Assembly (NCBI RefSeq): GCF_000172995.2
Contig: NC_014729.1
Coordinates: 1,860,001-1,892,000 of the forward strand
Origin: Halogeometricum borinquense DSM 11551
Lineage (GTDB): Archaea; Halobacteriota; Halobacteria; Halobacteriales; Haloferacaceae
Direction of reading: 5' to 3'
DNA length: 32,000 nucleotides
In this document: positions 1 through 8,642 of the stretch, one piece after another
How the letters are laid out: the number at the start of each line of letters is the position of its first letter
How positions within the stretch are numbered: position 1 is the stretch's first letter
Made by a program: the position numbers and the translations under genes
Notes under the pieces: generated by a model
The model's input: only the letters and a program-made list of their open reading frames with translations
Databases searched by the model: none
Told to the model about the DNA's origin: nothing

Positions 1-90
1 CGGCGGGCCGTACTGCATCCCCACCGCCCCTGCCCCAACGGCCCCAACAGCCGCGAGAGCGGCCACTGCGTCTCGCCGCGTCAGTTTCAC
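1..90 (-). CDS. N-terminal fragment of a Tat-exported protein (gene continues past the left window edge)
   Basis: Not in the ORF track because it is open at the edge. Minus-strand GTG at 88-90 is followed by KLTRRDAVAALAAVGAVGAGAVGMQYGPP: a twin-arginine motif plus an Ala/Val/Gly hydrophobic region. Confidence 0.4.
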   Translation of the reverse strand, partial: MKLTRRDAVAALAAVGAVGAGAVGMQYGPP

Positions 91-135
91 GAATTCGGAT
101 TAGGGGAACCTAAACTTAGGGGTTGTCCTTCGGCT

Positions 136-522
136 TCACCACGTCTTCGCGGCGAAACTCACGGCGACAAAGACGGCGGTAGCCGGGAGGACAAAGAGGG
201 AGACATCCACTCCGAACCCAAGATTCCACGCGAGGACGACACCCTGCACGTACGCGAGGAACAGAGCGAGAGCGAACCCGTACGATCCCGAGACACCACC
301 GGTTTCCTTCATCTCGGAGACGGAGCGGAGAAGGACGATGGTCACGATACCGATTGCGGGAAGCAGGAAGAGACCGACGGGTGTCGAGACGAAAGAGTCC
401 GCACCGTCCATCCCGAAGTGGATCGCAAACTGGTCGGGAAGCGACGGGAGGAAGACGAGGCCGACGAGTGCAGTGGCCCCGAGGACAGCGATACCCACGA
501 TGTCTGCTCGAGTCAGACGCAT
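136..522 (-). CDS. Small integral membrane protein (about 4 TM segments), function unknown
   Basis: 128-aa ORF with alternating hydrophobic stretches (IVGIAVLGATALVGLVFL, GLFLLPAIGIVTIVLL, GFALALFLAYVQGVVLAW, LFVLPATAVFVAVSF). The overlapping ORFs in other frames are Arg/Pro-rich shadows. Confidence 0.7.
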   Translation of the reverse strand: MRLTRADIVGIAVLGATALVGLVFLPSLPDQFAIHFGMDGADSFVSTPVGLFLLPAIGIVTIVLLRSVSEMKETGGVSGSYGFALALFLAYVQGVVLAWNLGFGVDVSLFVLPATAVFVAVSFAAKTW

Positions 523-600
523 ACTCGATCCTTCTCCGTCCCGGGGTAAGTGTTCTGTTACGTGAACGAGGTGACAACCGAGACGAAAAACGGCAGCAGT

Positions 601-1335
601 TCACTCAGCCGAGCGCACGTCGTGTTCGAGGACGCCGACACCTTCGACCTCGACCGCTACGTGGTCTCCATCCGAAAGCGGGCCGACGCCTTCTGGCGTT
701 CCCGTCGAGACGACATCCCCGGGTTCGAGCGTCAGGTACGTCGTTATCTCTTCGATGAGATCTGGGACGGAGAACATCATATAGTCACGCGAGGACGACT
801 GCTTCGTCTCGCCGTTGACGCGGAGTTCGACGCTCGCATCGTCCGGCACTTCGTCGGGGGTAGCAAGAACGGGCCCAAGCGGTGCCGAGTTGTCGAACGC
901 CTTCCCGCGCACCCAGTTTTGTTCTTTGTTCTGGTCGTCGCGGTTCGACACGTCGTTCATGCAGGTGAACCCGGCCACGTAGTCCATCGCGTCTTCGGCG
1001 GCCACGTTCCGCGCCTGCGTTCCGATGACGACCGCGAGTTCGGCTTCCCAATCGACCCGCTCTTTCCCGGCCGGGAGCGTCACGGTGTCACCGTGGGCGG
1101 CGAGCGTGTTCGGCGGTTTGAGAAACAGGAGCGGTCTGTCCGGCACGTCGTTGTCCAACTCGGCCGCGTGGTCAGCGTAGTTGCGACCGATACAGACGAT
1201 TTTCGTCGGTTCGCACGGCGGGAGGATCTCTACCTCCGCAAGAGAGTACGTCTCGCCGCCGAACGAGACGTGGTCGTCGTGCCACTGTCCGGTTCGGACA
1301 GAGCCTGCGGGGTCGCGGAAGCGAACGCGGTGCAT
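601..1335 (-). CDS. Fumarylacetoacetate hydrolase (FAH) family protein (2-keto-4-pentenoate hydratase / oxaloacetate decarboxylase-like)
   Basis: 244 aa. Contains KIVCIGRNYADHAAE...PLLFLKPPNTL...VDWEAELAVVIG...GFTCMNDVSNRD...GDVVSTGTPEGVG, the typical FAH-fold motif series. Confidence 0.9.
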   Translation of the reverse strand: MHRVRFRDPAGSVRTGQWHDDHVSFGGETYSLAEVEILPPCEPTKIVCIGRNYADHAAELDNDVPDRPLLFLKPPNTLAAHGDTVTLPAGKERVDWEAELAVVIGTQARNVAAEDAMDYVAGFTCMNDVSNRDDQNKEQNWVRGKAFDNSAPLGPVLATPDEVPDDASVELRVNGETKQSSSRDYMMFSVPDLIEEITTYLTLEPGDVVSTGTPEGVGPLSDGDHVAVEVEGVGVLEHDVRSAE

Positions 1336-1445
1336 GGGCGGTGTGTCAGCCTGTGACGGTTTCGTTCTTTCCTTCGCGGAAAAGTGACCGTCCTGTCTGA
1401 ATCCTCTTAGATTTAAGCGACCGACGCGAGTAGTACGAGGCGGCT

Positions 1446-2168
1446 ATGACGATGGAACTCACCTGGCACGGCCACTCTACGTGGCACGTCGATGTAGACG
1501 GCACAACGTTCCTCATCGACCCGTTCTTCGACAACCCGTTCACGGATCTGTCGCCGTCGGACGTGGAAGACCCCGACTACCTCCTGTTGACGCACGGACA
1601 CGCCGACCACATCTCAGACGCCGGTGCGTTCACCGATGCGACGGTCGTCGGCGTCCCCGAGATGACGGGATACATGGAGGCGGAAGTCGGCTTCACCGAC
1701 AGTATCGGCATGAATCTCGGTGGCACCGTCGAGTGCGGTAATGCGTTCGTGACGATGCATCGGGCAGACCACACGAACGGTCTCAACACGGGCTACGAAC
1801 ACGACATCGGGATGCCAGCGGGCTTCATCATCAGCGACAAAAAGCCCACGCAGGAGGCCGACGAGGACGCGACGACGTTCTACCATGCGGGCGACACGGC
1901 TTTGATGTCCGAGATGAAGGATGTCATCGCACAGTATCTCGAACCCGACGCGGCCGCCGTCCCGTGCGGCGACCATTTCACGATGGGACCGGTGCAGGCC
2001 GCCATCGCCGTCGATTGGTTGAACGTAGACCATGCGTTCCCCATGCACTACGATACGTTCCCGCCGGTGGAGATAGATATCGACGACTTCGAGCGTGAAG
2101 TGAACGCAACTGGATCCACCGCAGAAGTCCACGTTCTCGACGGTGACGAGTCGTTCACGCTGGAATAG
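1446..2168 (+). CDS. UPF0173-type metal-dependent hydrolase (metallo-beta-lactamase fold)
   Basis: 240 aa. [11 protein letters not shown]...FLIDPFF...[12 protein letters not shown] (HxHxDH metal motif). Acidic composition. Confidence 0.9.
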   Translation: MTMELTWHGHSTWHVDVDGTTFLIDPFFDNPFTDLSPSDVEDPDYLLLTHGHADHISDAGAFTDATVVGVPEMTGYMEAEVGFTDSIGMNLGGTVECGNAFVTMHRADHTNGLNTGYEHDIGMPAGFIISDKKPTQEADEDATTFYHAGDTALMSEMKDVIAQYLEPDAAAVPCGDHFTMGPVQAAIAVDWLNVDHAFPMHYDTFPPVEIDIDDFEREVNATGSTAEVHVLDGDESFTLE

Positions 2169-2239
2169 ACGGCTCGATTGACCTCCCCTCCTCCCGCGCC
2201 TGAAGACGCGGGAATCAGCAGGCTCACTCTCGATCCGGC

Positions 2240-2245
2240 TTTTTT
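2240..2245 (+). terminator. Possible oligo-T transcription terminator downstream of the hydrolase gene
   Basis: T6 run (ggcTTTTTTccg) about 72 nt after the stop at 2166-2168. Archaeal termination commonly uses oligo-T tracts. Confidence 0.25.
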
Positions 2246-2274
2246 CCGTTGTCACCAGTGTATCCGTCGTCGCC

Positions 2275-2311
2275 AACACAGTGTTACCATCGTCATCACT
2301 AACACGGTGTT
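2275..2311. promoter_or_regulatory. Pair of 11-bp palindromes AACAC-N-GTGTT (candidate operator) upstream of the OsmC gene
   Basis: aacacagtgtt at 2275-2285 and aacacggtgtt at 2301-2311, 26 bp centre to centre. Each is flanked by ccgtcgtcg. Located 100-140 nt upstream of the ATG at 2413. Confidence 0.25.
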
Positions 2312-2412
2312 TCCGTCGTCGTCACCGTTCTCACGGCTTACTCTCGCTGGACCGGTGTGGGGTTTCCGGAGTAAGCAACTTTTAGGGAGACGGCCTCCGA
2401 CCAACTGAACGC

Positions 2413-2811
2413 ATGAGCGACATCGAAACTTCCACTGTCAGCGAAGAAGGATTCGCATCTACGAGCCAAGTCGGCGACTTCGAACTTACGATCGACGCCA
2501 CCGACGAACAGGGACCGAACCCGAACGCGGTCCTCGTCGCAGACTACGCCTCCTGCTTCCTCCCCGCCTTCCGCGTCGGTGGGCAGCAGCGCGGTCACGA
2601 CGATCTCGGCAAGATTCAGATCGACGCCGACGCCGACCTCGACGGTGACGACGACCTGTCGGGAGTTCGCTTCTCCATCCACGTAGAGGCCGACCTCGGC
2701 GACGACGAGTTCGACGAAATCGTCGCCCGCGCCGAGGACATCTGCCACGTCCACGCCGCACTCCGCGAGGAACTCCACGCGGAAGTTGACGTTCACGGCG
2801 GCGCGTTCTAA
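2413..2811 (+). CDS. OsmC/Ohr family protein (peroxiredoxin-like)
   Basis: 132 aa. ...GPNPNAVLVADYASCFLPAF...ARAEDICHVHAAL: the size and two-Cys layout typical of the OsmC family. Confidence 0.8.
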   Translation: MSDIETSTVSEEGFASTSQVGDFELTIDATDEQGPNPNAVLVADYASCFLPAFRVGGQQRGHDDLGKIQIDADADLDGDDDLSGVRFSIHVEADLGDDEFDEIVARAEDICHVHAALREELHAEVDVHGGAF

Positions 2812-2902
2812 CGCCGAAACACTCCACGTTCTTTTTACTTGTCAGTTAGTGAGCAACAGCAATCCGAACTGGAGATGTCCCGGGAAATCCGGGACAGGAG
2901 TG

Positions 2903-3073
2903 TCAGCGTCGGTGGTACGCCCGGTAACTCATGGCCTCCCCCTCTACGATGACGACCTCCCGCTCTTCTGTATCGTAGCTCCGGGTTTCTTCAACTTCGT
3001 TCCATAAGACGTGCGGTCCACGGTCTTCAACATCTCCGCCGAAGACGTATGGGCTGTTCGGCTGACCTTCCAT
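2903..3073 (-). CDS. Small acidic hypothetical protein (56 aa), likely from a leaderless transcript
   Basis: Below the ORF-track cutoff. Minus-strand ATG at 3073 to TGA at 2903-2905 gives MEGQPNSPYVFGGDVEDRGPHVLWNEVEETRSYDTEEREVVIVEGEAMSYRAYHRR. Acidic halophile-like composition. A TTTATA box lies about 27 nt upstream. Confidence 0.5.
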   Translation of the reverse strand: MEGQPNSPYVFGGDVEDRGPHVLWNEVEETRSYDTEEREVVIVEGEAMSYRAYHRR

Positions 3074-3097
3074 GTTACAACCTACCGCGCTATTGGG

Positions 3098-3103
3098 TAT
3101 AAA
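3098..3103 (-). promoter_or_regulatory. TATA box (TTTATA on the minus strand) for the 56-aa ORF
   Basis: The plus-strand tataaa at 3098-3103 is centred about 27 nt upstream of the ATG at 3073. This is the standard spacing for haloarchaeal leaderless mRNAs. Confidence 0.4.
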
Positions 3104-3159
3104 CCTTTGTCAGACATTCTCATTTATGGGAATTACACGCACAGCTTGCAGCTGTGAGT

Positions 3160-3759
3160 TCAGTCGTCGGCTGTGGCGACCTCCGTCTCTGTAATCTCCG
3201 TTCCGAGGAGTTCGAGGAACTTCGCCAGCCACTCGGGGTGGTCCGGCCACGCCTGCGCGGTGACGAGGTTCTTGTCTACGGTCACTTCATCCACCCACGA
3301 ACATCCTGCCGCCTCCACCTCAGCCCGAACTGCGGGGTATGCGGTCATTTCGTAGCCGTCGAGGACACCCGCCGCCGCGAGAATCTGCGGGCCGTGGCAG
3401 ACGGCCGCGACTGGTTTCCCTTCGTCGAAGAAGTGACGGACAGTGTCGAGTACTTCCTCGTACGTGCGCAGGTACTCCGGCGCACGCCCACCGGGAACGA
3501 CGAGCGCATCGTATTCTGCGGGGTCGATCTCATCGAATGTGGCGTTTACCTCGAAGTCGTGCCCGCGTTCCTCAAGATACGTCTGGTCACCGCGGAAGTC
3601 GTGGATGGCTGTCTTCACCGTCTCTCCTGCCGATTTATCGGGACAAACGGCGTCTACCTCGTGCCCGACCATCTGGAGCGCTTGGAACGGCACCATCGTC
3701 TCGTAATCCTCTCCGAAGTCGCCGACGATCATCAGTATCTTCTTGCCCATTGGTGTCAC
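3160..3759 (-). CDS. DJ-1/PfpI family intracellular protease/deglycase
   Basis: 199 aa. [15 protein letters not shown]...[15 protein letters not shown]...[17 protein letters not shown] (nucleophile-elbow Cys-His). The start may instead be the internal MGKK. Confidence 0.9.
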   Translation of the reverse strand: MTPMGKKILMIVGDFGEDYETMVPFQALQMVGHEVDAVCPDKSAGETVKTAIHDFRGDQTYLEERGHDFEVNATFDEIDPAEYDALVVPGGRAPEYLRTYEEVLDTVRHFFDEGKPVAAVCHGPQILAAAGVLDGYEMTAYPAVRAEVEAAGCSWVDEVTVDKNLVTAQAWPDHPEWLAKFLELLGTEITETEVATADD

Positions 3760-3802
3760 CCATCAAAAACTGGGCCGGGAGACACCTTAACGATTTGTAC
3801 GG

Positions 3803-4597
3803 TTACACGGTCTGCTCGGTCAACACTTTGCTCACGTCGCCCAACGAGTCGAGAACGTAGTCCGGTGTTATTGACGACGCGGCGAGCGTCTCTTCGTCGG
3901 TGACGCCGGTTTTGACGAGTGCCGTCGTCATCCCCGCACGTTCTCCGAGCGCGATGTCGGTGTCGAGTCTGTCGCCGACGACGAGAACGGACTCGGCGGG
4001 GACGCCGAGATGCTCCAGTGCCATGTCGCGGGCGGTGTCTGACGGTTTGCCCAGAACCACATCAGGGTCGCGCTCGGCAACGCCCGCGATAGCGTTGATA
4101 ATCGCGCCGGAGCCCGGAACATCGCGTTCGGCGGCCGGGATGACAGTGTCGGGGTCGGTTCCGATGAACGCCACACCGTCATCCGAAAGCGTCCACAGGG
4201 CCTCACAGAGCGAATCGTAGTCAAACTCCTCGTCCACAGAGGCGACGAGTGTATCCGGCGAGTCGTCGGCTTCGACAACGGACAGCCCCGCGTCGGTGAG
4301 GATATCGACCAATCCCGACTCGCCGACGACGAACAGGTCGTCGTCGGGGCGTTCTTCGCGGAGATATCGAGCGGTAACTGTCCCGGCGGTAATCACCTCC
4401 GACGCCGCCATCTCGAATCCGGCACGAGCGAACCGTTCGACGTACGCTGCGGGACGCTTCGTTGGGTTATTTGAGACGAACACGCGTTCGAGTCCGGCCG
4501 CATCGATGGCGTCTAATCCGTCACCTGATCCCGGTATCGGTTCGTCGCCACGCACTACGGTTCCATCCACGTCGAGGATGACGCCTCGGTAAGTCAT
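3803..4597 (-). CDS. HAD superfamily hydrolase, subfamily IIA (NagD-like sugar phosphatase)
   Basis: 264 aa. GVILDVDGTVVRG (DxDGT motif I)...FVSNNPT...GKPS...LVVGDRLDTDI (motif IV). Confidence 0.9.
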   Translation of the reverse strand: MTYRGVILDVDGTVVRGDEPIPGSGDGLDAIDAAGLERVFVSNNPTKRPAAYVERFARAGFEMAASEVITAGTVTARYLREERPDDDLFVVGESGLVDILTDAGLSVVEADDSPDTLVASVDEEFDYDSLCEALWTLSDDGVAFIGTDPDTVIPAAERDVPGSGAIINAIAGVAERDPDVVLGKPSDTARDMALEHLGVPAESVLVVGDRLDTDIALGERAGMTTALVKTGVTDEETLAASSITPDYVLDSLGDVSKVLTEQTV

Positions 4598-4680
4598 CGG
4601 TTCGGAGTACGGTCAGCCCAGTGTTGAAACGCTCGGCGCTCGGGGGACATATCTATGGTCATTGCTACCAATGTTCATAT

Positions 4681-4971
4681 ATGGTCGTTTTCCTCACCCG
4701 GTCTGATCAGTCCGAATCGGATGGGTTCCACCCCAAAACGGCACGAAACCACTATGTGTTCGGCATCATCGGACTCGGAATCACGATTCTCTCCGTCTTT
4801 CTCACGTACTCGCTTCTCGTCGGGATTGTGAGCCTTGTTCCACTCCTCTCAACGACGGCCATCGCTTTCGTCGGCGTCGTGACGTGGGTCGTGGTGTGGC
4901 TACTGCTCGACCTCGCCTACGAACACTACGTCCGCCAGCGGTCCACGAGTAGCGAGACGTATCCCGAATGA
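4681..4971 (+). CDS. Small hypothetical membrane protein (2-3 TM)
   Basis: ATG at 4681 (the ORF-track start at 4621 is a GTG). Hydrophobic core: YVFGIIGLGITILSVFLTYSLLVGIVSLVPLLSTTAIAFVGVVTWVVVWLLL. No recognisable family. Confidence 0.45.
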   Translation: MVVFLTRSDQSESDGFHPKTARNHYVFGIIGLGITILSVFLTYSLLVGIVSLVPLLSTTAIAFVGVVTWVVVWLLLDLAYEHYVRQRSTSSETYPE

Positions 4972-5105
4972 CGGACAGCCTCGCGTATCCGATGGGCAGA
5001 CAACATCGAGCTGTGGACACCGACCGGGTATGGTACATGCCACAGATAGCGGCGCTCAAACGTGGAACCAAAGGAACGATATGCTCGAATCCCGTCGTGT
5101 CGGGT

Positions 5106-5891
5106 GTGACGAACACGCAGCTCTCGCTCATTCAGATAGACAACTACGGCCCGTGGACGGTGACACCGGAGCCACGCCGGGAGATGGACCTTCAAACGCT
5201 CCAGTCTCGACTGTTCGCGGACCTCGCGCAGTTCGTCGGCAGCCGTGACGGCTACGTCTTTTTCACCCGCTTCGACAACATGGTCGCTGTCACGAACGGC
5301 CTCGACGAAGCGGACCACGAACTGCTCCAAGAGTCTATTGCGAACCGGTATCCGGTGACGATTAGCCTCGGCATCGGTGTGGATTCCTCGCCCATCGAAG
5401 CTCTCGAAGCGGGGACTGCGGGCCTCCAGCACGCTGGAAGCGCTCAGGACGGCGACCGCCGTGAGGTACTCGCTGGCGACGCACTTCCTGTGTCTGATCG
5501 AACTGACGAAGACCTACAGATCGCTCACTTCGACGTAAACGACGCGACGGGCAAGTACACCGACCGACTCAACGAGTTCGACTCGTTCATCCACATCGAG
5601 CAGGGGTACGCGACGCTGATGCGCTATCTCCGCGAGGAGTACGGCGGGCTGTCCTTCTTCGTCGGTGGCGACAACATCATCTCCGTCTGCCCGAACATGG
5701 GCGAAGCGGGGTACCGAGACGCGATTCGCCACGTCGAACAGGAGGCGGGCGTGGAACTCAAAGTCGGCGTCGGGACCGGACGAACTGCACACGAAGCCGG
5801 ATTCGCGGCCAAACACGCCCTCGAAGTGTGCCGCGAACACGGCACCGATGTCGAGTTCGACCGCGTCTACGCTGAAGTCGCCAACGACTGA
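5106..5891 (+). CDS. gch3: GTP cyclohydrolase III (archaeal FAPy-forming enzyme)
   Basis: TNTQLSLIQIDNYGPWTVTPEPRREMDLQTLQSRLFADL...FFTRFDNMVAVTNGLD...FFVGGDNIISVCP matches the archaeal Gch3 family. I place the start at GTG 5106 (M/V-TNTQ). The upstream in-frame extension from ATG 4968 is basic and unlike a halophile protein. Confidence 0.85.
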   Translation: MTNTQLSLIQIDNYGPWTVTPEPRREMDLQTLQSRLFADLAQFVGSRDGYVFFTRFDNMVAVTNGLDEADHELLQESIANRYPVTISLGIGVDSSPIEALEAGTAGLQHAGSAQDGDRREVLAGDALPVSDRTDEDLQIAHFDVNDATGKYTDRLNEFDSFIHIEQGYATLMRYLREEYGGLSFFVGGDNIISVCPNMGEAGYRDAIRHVEQEAGVELKVGVGTGRTAHEAGFAAKHALEVCREHGTDVEFDRVYAEVAND

Positions 5892-6070
5892 ATGCGGTCG
5901 GACGGTCCAACTGTCCGCTAAACCGAATATTCTCATTACTCTTGATTTCGGCGTATCAGGCCTTGAGACGCAATAATAACCATTATGGCCGTCCGGAAAT
6001 GGTATTCAGTTGAACGGCTATTCCATCCGTGAACTCGCGGCGTTGTTCGCGGGCGGAGCCTGCAGGTGGG

Positions 6071-6079
6071 TATATAAAA
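6071..6079 (+). promoter_or_regulatory. TATA-like box (TATATAAAA)
   Basis: tatataaaa at 6071-6079, upstream of the HalOD1 ORF. It argues against ATG 6081 and for ATG 6144 as the start. Confidence 0.3.
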
Positions 6080-6143
6080 GATGGGACGGACTACGTCAGC
6101 AACGACAAAACGTTGCACAGATATTGTATCGAACCCGGAACGA

Positions 6144-6365
6144 ATGACGGTCGAAATCGTCTCCCTTGTCACGGATGTAAAAGGGTGTCAACCGATGGAC
6201 CTCGAACCGCTCTCGAACGTTACGGATCCGGATGCACTGGAAAACTTGATTCGAGAAACGGCGGCAGGCGAGTTCGAGATCGGATTTGACTACGAAGGCG
6301 GACGGCTCTCAATTTCGTCGGATGGAACTATCGAGTTCGACCTGTCTGTGGACCGCTCGACCTAA
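6144..6365 (+). CDS. Stand-alone HalOD1 (halobacterial output domain 1) protein
   Basis: MTVEIVSLVTDVKGCQPMDLEPLSNVTDPDALENLIRE...FEIGFDYEGGRLSISSDGTIEF: the characteristic HalOD1 pattern (xxELPPLyxxvDPDALdxLf ... F.y.g..v.v). The ORF is open from 6081. Confidence 0.7.
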   Translation: MTVEIVSLVTDVKGCQPMDLEPLSNVTDPDALENLIRETAAGEFEIGFDYEGGRLSISSDGTIEFDLSVDRST

Positions 6366-6486
6366 CGTTTCGTCCTGACTGATTCTGTTCGGACGTTCAC
6401 AAAGGATATCGAACGCTGAACGCACAGTTTGCGGAGTGCGCTGCGACCGAGCAGTTTCTTCGTCCCTGCGCTATTGGGACGGTGAT

Positions 6487-6888
6487 CTACGGCTCATAAT
6501 GGCTGACGTGCTCCGGTTTGATCGAGATCATTACGCGTTCGGTCTGGATGGGGTTGGGATACTCGTCTTTCCCCATATACCGCTTTGACATCTCGTCGAT
6601 CTGCTCGCGTGCGCCTTCTGTGGTCATCTCGTCAACCTCTCCCTGAACTGAAAGCATCCGGTAGGGATTGTCCGGATCTGTCATACTGATGGCGACTCGC
6701 GGGTCGTTTCGGATGTTTTTCTCTTTTCGGCGGCCGCGTTCGGTGTTCACTAACAGCCGGTCCGCGTCGACGTCGTAATCGATCCACACTGGCGTCACGT
6801 GTGGGCTTCCATCCGGCAACAGCGTCGATAGATGCGCAAATGTCTGTTTCTCGAACAAATCTTGGAAGTCTGCCGGGATTGATGCCAT
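6487..6888 (-). CDS. Pyridoxamine 5'-phosphate oxidase (PPOX) family / F420-dependent-like protein
   Basis: 133 aa. FAHLSTLLPDGSPHVTPVWIDYD...LLVNTERGRRKEKNIRNDPRVAISMTDPDNPYRMLSVQGEV. Confidence 0.8.
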   Translation of the reverse strand: MASIPADFQDLFEKQTFAHLSTLLPDGSPHVTPVWIDYDVDADRLLVNTERGRRKEKNIRNDPRVAISMTDPDNPYRMLSVQGEVDEMTTEGAREQIDEMSKRYMGKDEYPNPIQTERVMISIKPEHVSHYEP

Positions 6889-7103
6889 AGTGAATATAGG
6901 TGTGAAAGCTACTAATACGCACTTACAGCATTCTGGTAACTACATTCGGGGTTGGATTCGTGGGAGGATCTATTTCGTTCGCAGAGTATTATTTTCTCGA
7001 CGGTTTGGTGCCCATCTTCTCTGTTTACTCGATCCGAACACACGCGACGCGGTACTTGTCAGTCGTAGTTTCGGAGTCGTATAAGGCGGAGAGGTTGTGA
7101 ATT

Positions 7104-7187
7104 ACGGTCGGAGCAAGCTCCTCTCTAGCTCAACTCCTCCTTGTGAACGTCATACTGAACTCACGCGGTACGCGAGCGACAGAGCGC
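7104..7187 (+). repeat. Left direct repeat (attL-like)
   Basis: acggtcggagcaagctcctctctagctcaactcctccttgtgaacgtcatactgaactcacgcGgtacgcgagcgacagagcgc. It matches 10212-10295 except G/T at one position. It is preceded by a degenerate copy (7086-7103) of the tRNA-3'-like stub seen at 10190-10211. Confidence 0.9.
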
Positions 7188-7211
7188 GGACGCTTTCGGA
7201 GTTGGTGCATC

Positions 7212-7511
7212 GTGAGTCTGCTCGACCGACTTCATGAGGAGTACGAGTCCGATGGTTCGCTCGTCCTGTTCCGCTGTACCGAGTGTGGACAGACAGCGAT
7301 GAGTCTCGGTTCACTTCACGCGCACTGCGAGCAGCACCGCGGCTACACGCGCTTTGGTTTCCAGATACCGTTCACGAGAACCTCACCAGCGAACTTTGAT
7401 CAGCTCATGGAGTTAACGGAGGTACTGCGAGTTGAGGAGACGTCCACGATTTCGCTCGCGGACGTGGAGGGGTTGCAGAATACCAAACCGTACGTTTCAT
7501 TCGCGGGCTGA
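7212..7511 (+). CDS. Small C2H2 zinc-finger protein
   Basis: FRCTECGQTAMSLGSLHAHCEQH fits F-x-C-x2-C-x12-H-x3-H, including the conserved Leu. The ORF is open from 7143 (inside the repeat). GTG 7212 (VSLLDRLHEE) is the likelier start, but this is uncertain. Confidence 0.55.
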   Translation: MSLLDRLHEEYESDGSLVLFRCTECGQTAMSLGSLHAHCEQHRGYTRFGFQIPFTRTSPANFDQLMELTEVLRVEETSTISLADVEGLQNTKPYVSFAG

Positions 7512-7657
7512 TCAGGCTCCATTTTCAACGACTATATCAACCCTCAATATAGATACGACAAATAGATATTATTCCATATTCACTAACCAATGTTAATTGA
7601 TTTCATTTCGGTATTTATTTATCCTGACATTTAGTCATCTAGTTGGTACTCTGATAT
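7512..7657 (+). promoter_or_regulatory. Strongly AT-rich intergenic/promoter region in front of the four-gene cassette
   Basis: About one-third G+C by eye. Contains several TATA-like strings (tatttattta at 7612-7621, catttag at 7628-7634) 25-45 nt before ATG 7658. Confidence 0.35.
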
Positions 7658-8113
7658 ATGAGTGATCTAACGAGAAGAAATGTGCTGAGTATTATGGGAA
7701 CAACCGGACTCCTGACGATGGGCACTGGAATCGGTGCTGCGAAGCCCGACACCTATCCTACCGTTGACGATCTCGGTCCCTTCGAAGACATGACGGTCGA
7801 TCAAATGGCTGCTGGTGCTGCGAAACATCCTAATCAGGACCGTATCGCTATCGTCACCGCAGCGTTTGGTGACGGCATTCAGCTCTACATCGCAGACGGC
7901 ACTCGAAATCTCAGTGACACGCCCGAGACAGTCTACCAGATCACCCAGGACGCTGTGGCTGGCGTGTACGAGCCAGAGTGGAAAGACGGGAATCGGCTCG
8001 AATACGTCATGGACTTCACGCGATACACGCGGAAGATAACCCCATCGTACGTTGTTCTGGATCACAAAACTGTGACGGAGAATGTCCTTGACGAAGAGGA
8101 GGGGGATGACTAA
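7658..8113 (+). CDS. Tat-secreted hypothetical protein (151 aa)
   Basis: MSDLTRRNVLSIMGTTGLLTMGTGIGAAKP is a twin-arginine signal. The mature part is acidic with a C-terminal EEEGDD. No family recognised. Confidence 0.65.
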   Translation: MSDLTRRNVLSIMGTTGLLTMGTGIGAAKPDTYPTVDDLGPFEDMTVDQMAAGAAKHPNQDRIAIVTAAFGDGIQLYIADGTRNLSDTPETVYQITQDAVAGVYEPEWKDGNRLEYVMDFTRYTRKITPSYVVLDHKTVTENVLDEEEGDD

Positions 8114-8595
8114 TGGCGTCTCTCCCATTCCCCGTTCCGAGTGGATTCCCTTTCGACCTGTGTACACCAACCCCCAATGGAACACAACTGTGCGTTCAGA
8201 CCGGCAGTATTCAAGAGAACATTGGCGAACCGCGAGACTGTAACGATGGTCAGACTCCCCCACTTGTCTCAGTCGATCTAACCTACCAGGAGAAGACTAT
8301 CTCACTCGGTGACGCTGAGGTACTCGTCGAGAATTCCATATGGATCGGTATCGAAGAGGACCTGAATGCAGTGTGGGTGGGTGAACCGAAGAGTGGCTCC
8401 TGCTACCGCCATAACTTGAATAATATTGATCCTACCGCTGCTCTCGATACTGTACTTAAGAAGGCGGGGGATGCAGCAGACGCCAGTGTCAGAGACCTTG
8501 GTATGAACCCCAACAGCGGCCCTGGCCAAGTCTTGGCACTAATCATCATGGTGGTTCTATTCCTCATAGCTGACGGGGCCCCAGATCCGGTTTGA
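8113..8595 (+). CDS. Hypothetical Cys-containing protein with a C-terminal TM anchor (160 aa)
   Basis: The start overlaps the upstream stop (TAATG at 8111-8115). Contains 4 Cys. The C-terminal hydrophobic segment VLALIIMVVLFLIA is followed by DGAPDPV. No N-terminal signal peptide is seen. Confidence 0.55.
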   Translation: MASLPFPVPSGFPFDLCTPTPNGTQLCVQTGSIQENIGEPRDCNDGQTPPLVSVDLTYQEKTISLGDAEVLVENSIWIGIEEDLNAVWVGEPKSGSCYRHNLNNIDPTAALDTVLKKAGDAADASVRDLGMNPNSGPGQVLALIIMVVLFLIADGAPDPV

Positions 8596-8642
8596 GATCT
8601 GGAGCATAGGCTTTAGATATATTCACAGCTATTTTACATTCA

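Noticed and set aside
550-3903. Plus- and minus-strand shadow ORFs 550-1356 (+), 1614-2279 (-) and 3154-3903 (+), together with the many 60-170-aa ORFs nested within them.
   Set aside because: Each lies opposite to, or out of frame with, a gene carrying clear family motifs (FAH, UPF0173, DJ-1/PfpI). Their translations are Arg/Pro/Gly-rich.
4968-5105. ATG 4968 (ATGA overlap with the upstream ORF) as the start of GTP cyclohydrolase III.
   Set aside because: The 46-aa extension is basic and non-acidic and has no counterpart in the family, which as I recall starts M-TNTQ... immediately before IQIDNYGPW. GTG 5106 is preferred, but the true start remains uncertain.
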